NCBI GenBank assembly: GCA_041476305.1
Contig: JBGOTC010000001.1
Location: 1-43,238 of the forward strand
Direction of reading: 5' to 3'
From: Terriglobia bacterium
GTDB lineage: Bacteria > Acidobacteriota > Terriglobia > Acidiferrales > UBA7541
Length of the DNA stretch: 43,238 nt
In this document: one piece after another, positions 26,163 to 33,413 of the stretch
How the letters are laid out: each line of letters begins with the position of its first letter
Position numbering within the stretch: the first letter of the stretch is position 1
Translations under genes and position numbers: made by a program
Notes under the pieces: generated by a model
The model's database searches: none
Told to the model about the DNA's origin: nothing
The model's input: only the letters and a program-made list of their open reading frames with translations

Positions 26163-26864
26163 ATGCCCAGCAACAAATCGCTACTAATCGCGGTCATCGT
26201 CCTGGGAGTCATTGCCGCTGTCGCCGTCGGATCCATGGTAACCATGATGGTGATGCGAGGCGGTGCCCCGGCGCCCGCGGCCGCGGCCTCCACTGCCGCG
26301 CCGCAAGGAGCACAACCCGCAGGCCCGGGTGGCGCGCAACCCGCCGCGGAAACCAGCGGCGTCATCATCAATGACAAAGAATTGGCCGCCGGACAGGTGC
26401 AGGAATTGTTGCAGACCTACGGCGCAGCGCCGCCGAAAGGCCGCTACTGGTACGACGCCCGCAGCGGACTCTATGGGTACTGGGGCCGTGAAGCGGCCGG
26501 CTACATCCGCCCCGGTCACAGTTTCGGGCAGCTCTCTCCTCGCGCGTCGAACGGCGATACCGGAGTCTTCCTCAACGGGCGCGAAATCAATATGACCGAA
26601 GCGCAGTTCTTCCAACGCCTGTTCGGAGTTGTTTACCTGGGCCACTTCTGGCTTGATGGTACAAATGGAAACATGGGCATCGATGGAAATCCCACACCGC
26701 TCGCAAACCTCGTCCTCGCCATTCAGCAGGCTCAGCAACGGGGCGGTCAGGGCGGAGGTTATCACTGGCGTGACGGCAGCGGCGGAGTCGTCAGCAGCGA
26801 AGGAAACTGTACGTTCGCGGCGATTCCCGGCGCACCCGTTTACTCCACTCCCGGCTGCGGCTAA
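26163..26864 (+). CDS. Membrane-anchored hypothetical protein (N-terminal TM, Ala/Pro linker, G/Y/W-rich domain)
   Basis: Full ORF with a good SD. The TM is LLIAVIVLGVIAAVAVGSMVTMMVM. I recognise no family. Confidence 0.6.
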   Translation: MPSNKSLLIAVIVLGVIAAVAVGSMVTMMVMRGGAPAPAAAASTAAPQGAQPAGPGGAQPAAETSGVIINDKELAAGQVQELLQTYGAAPPKGRYWYDARSGLYGYWGREAAGYIRPGHSFGQLSPRASNGDTGVFLNGREINMTEAQFFQRLFGVVYLGHFWLDGTNGNMGIDGNPTPLANLVLAIQQAQQRGGQGGGYHWRDGSGGVVSSEGNCTFAAIPGAPVYSTPGCG

Positions 26865-26934
26865 TCGCGCGATCTTCCTGCGCGGAACCTGATTCAGGGA
26901 GGTCATGCTCCTTCGGCATCAAGCTTCCTGAACT

Positions 26935-26943
26935 ATGCTAGAA
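26935..26943 (+). promoter_or_regulatory. Extended -10 box TGCTAGAAT (candidate yebC promoter)
   Basis: Read directly from the sequence. It would give a leader of about 150 nt before ATG 27103. Confidence 0.4.
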
Positions 26944-27102
26944 TTCACTCGCAAGTCCAGGGTTCCTCTTTATCTCTCGCGTGCGCGAGGGACGCAGCCT
27001 CCCGAGGCGATGTCAGCAAGGTCGGGCCTTCGGCATCGGGTCGGGCCCCATAGGGGATCAGCATCGGCATAACCCGAAATCCATCCTGAACGAGGATATC
27101 GC

Positions 27103-27852
27103 ATGTCTGGGCATTCCAAGTGGGCCACAATCAAGCACAAGAAGGCGGCGACGGACGCCAAGCGTGGCCGCACTTTCACGCGGCTCATCCGCGAAATCAC
27201 CATGGCTGCTCGTGGCGGCACCGACCCCAATACCAATGCCCGCCTGCGCACCGCCATCGCCAGCGCCAAGGCTGAAAACATGCCCGGGGACAATATCGAA
27301 CGCGCCATCCTCCGCGGCAGCGGCCAGATGGAAGGCACCCAACTCGAGGAGATCACCTTTGAGGGCTACGGCCCTGGGGGCGTCGCCATTCTCGTCCAGG
27401 TTGTCACCGACGGACGCAACCGGACCGTCAGCGAAATCCGCCACGCGTTCGGGAAGCACGGCGGCAACATGGCCGAAGCCGGCGCCGTAGGCTGGATGTT
27501 TAAACGCAAGGGCGAAATCGCCGTCCCCAAAGAACAGGCCAGTGAAGATAAGTTGATGGGAATAGTGCTCGACGCCGGCGCGGAAGACCTGAGCGATGAT
27601 GGCTCCGTGTGGACTGTCGTTACGCCGCCCGAAACTTTTGAGGCCGTGCGCGATGCGTTGGTTAAGGCAGGCATCACTCCTGATTCTGCTGAGCTCGGGA
27701 TGGTGCCAAACAGCTACATCAAACTAACAGGAGCGCAGGCCGGGCAAATGATCCGGCTCATCGAGGCCCTCGAAGAGCAGGACGATGTTCAGCATGTTTA
27801 TGCCAACTTCGATATCGACGAGAAAGAGCTTCAGGCCGCTGTCGCCGGGTAA
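27103..27852 (+). CDS. yebC: YebC/PmpR-family DNA-binding regulator
   Basis: MSGHSKWATIKHKKAATDAKRGRTFTRLIREI is the invariant N-terminus of this family. Confidence 0.92.
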   Translation: MSGHSKWATIKHKKAATDAKRGRTFTRLIREITMAARGGTDPNTNARLRTAIASAKAENMPGDNIERAILRGSGQMEGTQLEEITFEGYGPGGVAILVQVVTDGRNRTVSEIRHAFGKHGGNMAEAGAVGWMFKRKGEIAVPKEQASEDKLMGIVLDAGAEDLSDDGSVWTVVTPPETFEAVRDALVKAGITPDSAELGMVPNSYIKLTGAQAGQMIRLIEALEEQDDVQHVYANFDIDEKELQAAVAG

Positions 27853-27974
27853 CCCCTCAGGAGGGTCCTGATTTGTGGCGCATTGTACTGCGGAGAGTTT
27901 CCCCCTTGCCGCTCTCTTCTCACAACTCCAAATAACACTGGCCCGCGCCGCAAACCCGCCTTACACTTCCAAAC

Positions 27975-28583
27975 ATGCCTCCGGAAAATCGCCGTCGTTT
28001 TGCTTTGCGTGTCTTGGGAATTGACCCCGCCGCTGCAGGGGCAACTGGCTTCGCGGTGGTCGAAGCCTCTGGCGCGAACTGCTGCGCTGTCCATTACGGA
28101 GCGCTTCCCGCCGTGGAGCGTAGCGTCGCGGGCGACATTCCCGCGCGTCTCCGCCAGATTCACGCGCAGGTTGCGGAATTGATCGAACAATTCTCTCCCG
28201 ATGCAGTAGCCATCGAATCTGTTTTCGCCGCGCTCAATATCAAGACCGCTCTCCGGCTCGCGGAAGTCCGTGGAGTGATCCTCCTCGCCGCCGCGCAGAG
28301 CGGACTTGTTGCCCACAGCTATTCTCCGCGGGAAGTGAAAGCCGCCGTGACCGGTTATGGCCAGGCCGGCAAGGACCAAATCCAGCAGATGGTCCGCGCT
28401 CTGCTGTCGCTGAAGGAAATTCCACATCCCCCCGACGCCGCAGACGCACTGGCCGTCGCGCTCTGCCACATCCAATTCGCGCGGAATGTGGCGCGGTTCG
28501 GCGATGCGGCGCGGTTGATTGCCGCGCCTCGCGCGGCACGCCGCGCCGTCGCATCCGCCCCCCGGGTACTTTCCGTCCGATGA
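27975..28583 (+). CDS. ruvC: Crossover junction endodeoxyribonuclease RuvC
   Basis: VLGIDPAAAGATGFAVV, AIESVF, REVKAAVTGYGQAGKDQIQ and PPDAADALAVALCH. The classic yebC-ruvC synteny is present. Confidence 0.9.
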   Translation: MPPENRRRFALRVLGIDPAAAGATGFAVVEASGANCCAVHYGALPAVERSVAGDIPARLRQIHAQVAELIEQFSPDAVAIESVFAALNIKTALRLAEVRGVILLAAAQSGLVAHSYSPREVKAAVTGYGQAGKDQIQQMVRALLSLKEIPHPPDAADALAVALCHIQFARNVARFGDAARLIAAPRAARRAVASAPRVLSVR

Positions 28584-29239
28584 ATCTTCGTCTCAAACCA
28601 GGATCTCCTGTTTTCGGTGTCGCCATCCTCATTCTGCTTCTTCTAACGGCGATTCCCGCCTCAGCCGGTGATGCCGTCATTACCTTTAGAAAAGTGTTCA
28701 AGGGCAGCATGCCGGAATTCGCCGAAATCAGGATCAGCCAGTCTGGAAAATGCACTTACGATATTCGCCAGCTCAACGAAGATGCGGACGTGAGGCCGCT
28801 GGACGTGGGTCAAGCGTTGCGGGCCAGGATATTTTCTCTCGCTGACGAGTTGGGCCATTTCCGTAACATTGATCTGGATATCCACCGACGCATCGCCAAC
28901 CTGGGCGCCAAGACCTTCCGCTACGAAAAAGATGGTGAAAGCCACGAAGTGGTCTTCAATTACACGACCAATCCGGCCGCCGCCCAGCTGGTGGAAATTT
29001 TCGAGGGACTGTCCCGCCAGCAAGACCACTTGCTAACGCTAGAGCGCCGCCTTCGCTATGACCGGTTGGGCGTCAACGAGGCGTTGATCAACTTGAAGAA
29101 CGATTACGACAACAAGTTGCTCCCTGAACCCGAGCGGCTGCTTCCAGTCTTGGAACAAATCGCCAATGACACCCGCATCGTGGAGATCGCACGGCAACGC
29201 GCGCGCGCGCTCACATCCAAAATCCGTGGCGCGAAGTAG
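28580..29239 (+). CDS. Secreted hypothetical protein
   Basis: The ATG overlaps the ruvC TGA (ATGA, 28580-28583). The signal peptide is VFGVAILILLLLTAIPASA. I recognise no family. Confidence 0.6.
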   Translation: MNLRLKPGSPVFGVAILILLLLTAIPASAGDAVITFRKVFKGSMPEFAEIRISQSGKCTYDIRQLNEDADVRPLDVGQALRARIFSLADELGHFRNIDLDIHRRIANLGAKTFRYEKDGESHEVVFNYTTNPAAAQLVEIFEGLSRQQDHLLTLERRLRYDRLGVNEALINLKNDYDNKLLPEPERLLPVLEQIANDTRIVEIARQRARALTSKIRGAK

Positions 29240-29378
29240 GCCATCCCAGGGGAAGTAAGTGGATACTTACAAATGGCTTGACACCGGTCCCTTTCTAGAA
29301 CACCATTCCCGCAGAGGGCCGCAACCCCGCTGCTCCAGGCCGCATCTATCTCAGCAGGGGCTTCCCCGGGAGGGACCC

Positions 29379-31361
29379 ATGAAACGAGCCCAGTCGGTTT
29401 CCCGCTTCCTCTTAACACTGTTTGTTGCCGCGGTTCTTGCCGCGGGCGGCGCGCAGCTCGCTTTCGCCCAGGAAATCGTTCAGGACAACCAGGACGATTA
29501 CTCGCACGTCCGCATTGTGCGCCTGAGCTTCGTCGTGGGTGACGTCCAATACCAACGCGGCGAGGAAGATTGGCAGGACGCGCCGATGAACCTCCCCATC
29601 CAGGAAGGCTTCCGCCTGGCGACGGGGAATGGCCGCGCCGAAATCGAGTTTGAGAACGGAGTCATCCTGCGGCTGGCGGAAAACACGGAGTTGGAATTTA
29701 CCGAACTTGCGCTGCTCAATGGCGGCCGCCTTACGCAGCTCAATCTGGTGCAAGGGACCATCCTGATCCAGGCGGACCTGAATCGTGACGACCGGTTCAC
29801 CGTGACCGCGCCCAATTTGCAGTTAAACGTGCCGCGCAGTTCAAGATTTCGCGTTGATACCACTCAAGGCGATAGCTGGGTCACTGTTTTCAAGGGCGAG
29901 GTTGCCGCCAATTCCGCCGCGGGCGAAACGCGCTTGACCAGCGGCCACACGCTCCACATCAGCGCCGCGGATCCGGAGCACGTCAACATCGACCGCAACG
30001 CCGACCTCGATGATTTCGATCAGTGGGCCGCCGACCGCGACCGTGTCCTTCAACAAGGCTATGCGCAGGCGGCGCGGTACGTCGGAAACTATTCGGACAA
30101 CAATTACTCCTATGGAGTCTCCGATCTTTCCAGCTATGGCCACTTCACCGTGGTCCCGGGTTATGGAGTTTGCTGGCAGCCTTACGGTGTTCCTATCCAT
30201 TGGAGCCCGTTCTCGAATGGCTACTTTGGGTTCTTCGGTGGCACCGGCTGGACGTGGTTGAGCTTTGAACCGTGGGGCTGGTTGCCATTTCACACCGGCA
30301 ATTGGTTTTTCCAGCCGACGTTCGGTTGGTTCTGGCAACCCGGCCCATTCCGCACCTGGTATCCCGCGCCAGTGCATTGGGTGCGAGTCAACAATCAGCT
30401 TGGTTGGGTTCCGCGCGGACCCATCATCCATGGAGGTCAGCCTCCTGCAACCGGAGTAATCTCAAGTGGTGGAATGCGGAATGGCGTGATCAGACCCGGC
30501 GAGCGAATCGCCATCACTCCCGAATTGGCAGGCAGGATTTCCCGTGAGCGCGCGCCTGCTCCATTCGTCCGAGTTCATGAGCCCCCGCAGGGCGGGAACG
30601 GCACAAGGGGCGGGACTCCACCGGTGAGAACTTGGGATCGCCAACAGCGCGGATCCATTGTGATGGACCCCGCGACACGCACTTACATCAATACGCATCC
30701 TTCCGGCGGACAAGGGCCCGCAACTGGTGCGCCGCGGCGCGCTCCATTCGATCCCACGAAGGAATCGGCTGGGCCGCCTGCGACTCCAGAAAATTCAAAT
30801 CCACCGCGGCCCGGCTCGAGTGTGGTGCCGCGAACGGCGCCGCGGAATCCGGAAAATCCTCTGCGGGATTCTGCTGGACCGCCCGCAACACAGGAAAATG
30901 TGAGGCCGCCGGCTTCACAACCGACTGTGGACCCGCGGTCCACTCCGCGAAACACAGAAAACCCATTGAGGGAGTCTGCCGGGCCTCCTGCCACCCCGGA
31001 AAATGGGCGCCCGCAGCCTCCCGCGCAACAAGCGGCGCCGCGGCCTGCCCCCACGCCTTCACCGTCGGGTGGGGCTGGTGGAAGTGGAGCAGGCGTGCCC
31101 GCAATGAGGCCGGCTCCCATGCCGTCGCAACCTGTGCAGCAGCCTGCGCGGTCAACGCCGCCGCCATCGCCACCGCCGCAGCAACATTATTCTCCACCAC
31201 CTCAACAGGCGCCGCAGCAGCAGCGCTCCTCGCCCCCGCCGTCACCTCCACCTGCACCTGCATCGCACAGTGGAGGTGGGGGCGGTGGAGCGGGTGGTGG
31301 GGGCGGCGCTTCACCGCCTCCCCCTTCCGCACCGCCAAAGGGTGGGCGCGGTTCGCGGTAA
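29379..31361 (+). CDS. FecR-domain protein with W/G/Y-rich region and Pro-rich repetitive tail
   Basis: ATG 29379 (GGGAGGGA SD) is followed by the signal MKRAQSVSRFLLTLFVAAVLAAGGAQLAFA. The FecR-like block is GFRLATGNGRAEIEFENGVILRLAENTELEF. The middle segment is WQPYG..W.PF.NGYFGFFGGTGWTWLSFEPWGWLPFHTGNWFFQP; I believe this region type is catalogued as DUF6600, unverified. Confidence 0.7.
   Translation: MKRAQSVSRFLLTLFVAAVLAAGGAQLAFAQEIVQDNQDDYSHVRIVRLSFVVGDVQYQRGEEDWQDAPMNLPIQEGFRLATGNGRAEIEFENGVILRLAENTELEFTELALLNGGRLTQLNLVQGTILIQADLNRDDRFTVTAPNLQLNVPRSSRFRVDTTQGDSWVTVFKGEVAANSAAGETRLTSGHTLHISAADPEHVNIDRNADLDDFDQWAADRDRVLQQGYAQAARYVGNYSDNNYSYGVSDLSSYGHFTVVPGYGVCWQPYGVPIHWSPFSNGYFGFFGGTGWTWLSFEPWGWLPFHTGNWFFQPTFGWFWQPGPFRTWYPAPVHWVRVNNQLGWVPRGPIIHGGQPPATGVISSGGMRNGVIRPGERIAITPELAGRISRERAPAPFVRVHEPPQGGNGTRGGTPPVRTWDRQQRGSIVMDPATRTYINTHPSGGQGPATGAPRRAPFDPTKESAGPPATPENSNPPRPGSSVVPRTAPRNPENPLRDSAGPPATQENVRPPASQPTVDPRSTPRNTENPLRESAGPPATPENGRPQPPAQQAAPRPAPTPSPSGGAGGSGAGVPAMRPAPMPSQPVQQPARSTPPPSPPPQQHYSPPPQQAPQQQRSSPPPSPPPAPASHSGGGGGGAGGGGGASPPPPSAPPKGGRGSR
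30762..31013 (+). repeat. In-frame tandem repeat, 105 nt (35 aa), 2 full copies plus 14 aa
   Basis: The units start at 30762, 30867 and 30972. They read ESAGPPATPENSNPPRPGSSVVPRTAPRNPENPLR, DSAGPPATQENVRPPASQPTVDPRSTPRNTENPLR and ESAGPPATPENGRP. Confidence 0.85.
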
Positions 31362-31380
31362 GGAAAACCGAACTGGAAAC

Positions 31381-31413
31381 AAAGAGGCCTGAGTCGTTGA
31401 CTCAGGCCTCTTT
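31381..31413. terminator. Bidirectional rho-independent terminator between convergent genes
   Basis: AAAGAGGCCTGAGTC (31381-31395), loop GTT, GACTCAGGCCTCTTT (31399-31413). This is a perfect 15-bp stem flanked by T-rich runs on both strands (TTTGCTT on plus, TTTGTTTCC on minus). Confidence 0.75.
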
Positions 31414-31431
31414 GCTTGGTTGATAACAATC

Positions 31432-32259
31432 TCAACGGAAAATGATTCCTGCGTAGCCCACCACACTCTCGCGCTCCCCGACAATATCTCCGGAAGTGGC
31501 GTAGCGGACAAGATCGGCATGCCTCGCTCCCCGATCAATCGCCGCAGTCAATGCAGCGACCGCGGGGCCGACTCCGCACATGGTGATGGCGTTTTCGCGC
31601 ACGGCATCCCAAAGCCCGCGAGGACTGAGCGCACGGAGCTGATCGATGGCCAGGCGGTCCTTCACGCGCGTGATTTCGTCTGATTCGTAGTGATTCATGT
31701 CCGAGCTGGCCACGAGCAGAATCGGCTCTCCGAAAGTAGTGATCACTTTCGCCAATGCATGGCCGAGCTCCGCAAGCCTCGCGAATTCGAGTGTGCCGAT
31801 GGCGATGGGAACGAAGCGACACTCCGGAACCAGCACTTGCAGGAACGGCAACTGCACTTCAAGCGAGTGCTCCTTCCGGTGGGCAACCTCATCCTCCACG
31901 AGTGAAGAACAGGCAGCGACAACCGCATGCGCGATTTCTGAATCGATTTCCAAGTCACCCAGCGGAGTTTGCCACGTGCCTTCCGCCTGGATGGCGAGAT
32001 TCGCGCCCGCCGGACGGTGGCGCGGGCCAAGAATTATCACGCGGCGGGGAATTGCGAGCCGCGCATACACGGCCCCTGCAACTCCGCCGGAGTAAACGTA
32101 CCCCGCGTGCGGGACAAGGCAAGCGATCGCGGGAATTTTCTCCGGGCGCGCGCCATTATCGCCATCCACAGCAGCGGCGAGACAATTCTGCACAGTCCCC
32201 CGGAGTTCGCGCGGGTCAGCGGGATAAAAACGTCCAGCGACGGCGGGCTGACGAATCAT
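31432..32259 (-). CDS. AmmeMemoRadiSam system protein B (Memo-like)
   Basis: MIRQPAVAGRFYPADPRELR, VPHAGYVYSG and ASSDMNHYE are the characteristic Memo/AmmeMemoRadiSam-B motifs. Confidence 0.85.
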   Translation of the reverse strand: MIRQPAVAGRFYPADPRELRGTVQNCLAAAVDGDNGARPEKIPAIACLVPHAGYVYSGGVAGAVYARLAIPRRVIILGPRHRPAGANLAIQAEGTWQTPLGDLEIDSEIAHAVVAACSSLVEDEVAHRKEHSLEVQLPFLQVLVPECRFVPIAIGTLEFARLAELGHALAKVITTFGEPILLVASSDMNHYESDEITRVKDRLAIDQLRALSPRGLWDAVRENAITMCGVGPAVAALTAAIDRGARHADLVRYATSGDIVGERESVVGYAGIIFR

Positions 32260-32289
32260 GGTTGGAAGAAAGGCGGCACCAGGGCCGCC

Positions 32290-32667
32290 CTAGAAGTGCC
32301 TGGGCTTGGATGGTTTGCCGTGGAGCTTGAGGGCCACGGTGGTTCCGGGAGCGTATTCCACCGTAACTTTGTCGCCCACCTGATATCCGCCCGCGTTCAA
32401 GATTTTCACCATCTGGTCGCGCACGCCAGCGGTGTACGAAAAAGATTGAACCATGTTGGGATGTTCCTGGCTGCGAAGACTGATGGACGCGATGTTGGCG
32501 GAAATCACGAGCCCTTTGAACTTGAGAGGTTTTGTGGAAGGTTTGGGAGACCTGACCACAATGGGGGGCGTGGTCTCCGCTTGGGCGTTTGCCGCGCCGG
32601 CCGCAAAGGTCAGTCCCACGGCCACCCACACGGCGGGAAGGATCCGGCGCAGGCTAGCCTTCATCAT
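32290..32667 (-). CDS. Small secreted hypothetical protein
   Basis: The signal peptide is MMKASLRRILPAVWVAVGLTFAAGAANAQA and the body is beta-rich. The start overlaps the upstream gene by 14 nt. Confidence 0.55.
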   Translation of the reverse strand: MMKASLRRILPAVWVAVGLTFAAGAANAQAETTPPIVVRSPKPSTKPLKFKGLVISANIASISLRSQEHPNMVQSFSYTAGVRDQMVKILNAGGYQVGDKVTVEYAPGTTVALKLHGKPSKPRHF

Positions 32668-32992
32668 CCAGGGAGATCTTCAGCGATTTCAGGAAACGAA
32701 CGTCCTGCGGCGTGAGATCAAACTTCGGCGCGGTCTGAGATTCTTCCAGAGCCTCCGAATCCACCTGGATGTGCAGCGATTCCAGGAAGCGGCGGTCCTG
32801 ATTGGTCAGTTGCGCGGCGGTGGCTTCCCGCTTGGCGAGTCCGATGGTGGCGTCGAGCTTCAGCACAATGTCATACCCGGCGGAGCGCACGTTGCCGATG
32901 GCGCCCGTGATGCGTTCGGATTCCGCCACTGTGTCATTAATGGCGTGACCCAACTCCCTCATCAACTGCCGTAAATGATCGTCGAGTTGCAA
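32654..32992 (-). CDS. Small hypothetical protein with an internal duplicated motif
   Basis: The ORF extends to 33157, but TTG 32992..32990 has AGAGGAGG 6 nt upstream. The product is 112 aa. I recognise no family. Confidence 0.5.
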   Translation of the reverse strand: MQLDDHLRQLMRELGHAINDTVAESERITGAIGNVRSAGYDIVLKLDATIGLAKREATAAQLTNQDRRFLESLHIQVDSEALEESQTAPKFDLTPQDVRFLKSLKISLDDEG

Positions 32993-33126
32993 GCCCGACC
33001 TCCTCTGAGACCCATTTGAAATTGTAGGGCCGCGCGGGGCGGCTGACAAGCCCGCATCGCGCGAAGCAGGTATCCAGCACGCCCAAGCCCCGCGGAAGCG
33101 CAGCCCATTCGCCTGCACCCGGCGGC

Positions 33127-33132
33127 TATAAT
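33127..33132 (+). promoter_or_regulatory. Perfect -10 hexamer TATAAT, 11 nt upstream of ATG 33144
   Basis: Read directly from the sequence. There is no SD between it and the ATG, and no convincing -35. Confidence 0.35.
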
Positions 33133-33143
33133 ACAATCCGCTT

Positions 33144-33413
33144 ATGAGCTTCGCCACAACTTCCCACCCTCCATCGGCGAGTCCGCAGAGGCCGCGTGGT
33201 TTTTTTCGGACGGCGTGGCGCGCTCTGCGGCAACTGTTTCACGAAATGACCGGCGCAATGTTTGCATTGCTTGCCATCGCCTCTCTCAATTCCGCGTTGC
33301 GCGCCTGGCGCAACGGCGCGGGCAACTGGATTGTGGCGCTGCCGGTTGTTTACGCGCTGATCATGACTTATTTTGCGGCGACATCATTCCGTTTTGCGCG
33401 GCGCGTGGAATGA
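33144..33413 (+). CDS. Small two-TM membrane protein (89 aa), hypothetical
   Basis: Two hydrophobic helices ([35 protein letters not shown]). Its stop overlaps the mutase ATG (ATGA 33410-33413). Confidence 0.45.
   Translation: MSFATTSHPPSASPQRPRGFFRTAWRALRQLFHEMTGAMFALLAIASLNSALRAWRNGAGNWIVALPVVYALIMTYFAATSFRFARRVE

Noticed and set aside
26945-27356. Minus-strand ORFs 26945..27130 and 26970..27356 in and over the yebC leader.
   Set aside because: They run antisense into the highly conserved yebC N-terminus, have no SD and contain no recognisable motifs.
30632-31435. Alternative-frame ORFs over the Pro/Gly-rich tail of the FecR-domain gene (30632..31423, 30688..31338, 31202..31435).
   Set aside because: Low-complexity GC-rich sequence is open in several frames. 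The frame continuous with the FecR domain and the in-frame 35-aa repeats is the coherent one.
32993-33143. A cobalamin riboswitch ahead of the mutase locus.
   Set aside because: I found no B12-box-like sequence, the region is only 151 nt and shared by divergent promoters, and B12-dependent enzymes are not the usual targets of such riboswitches.
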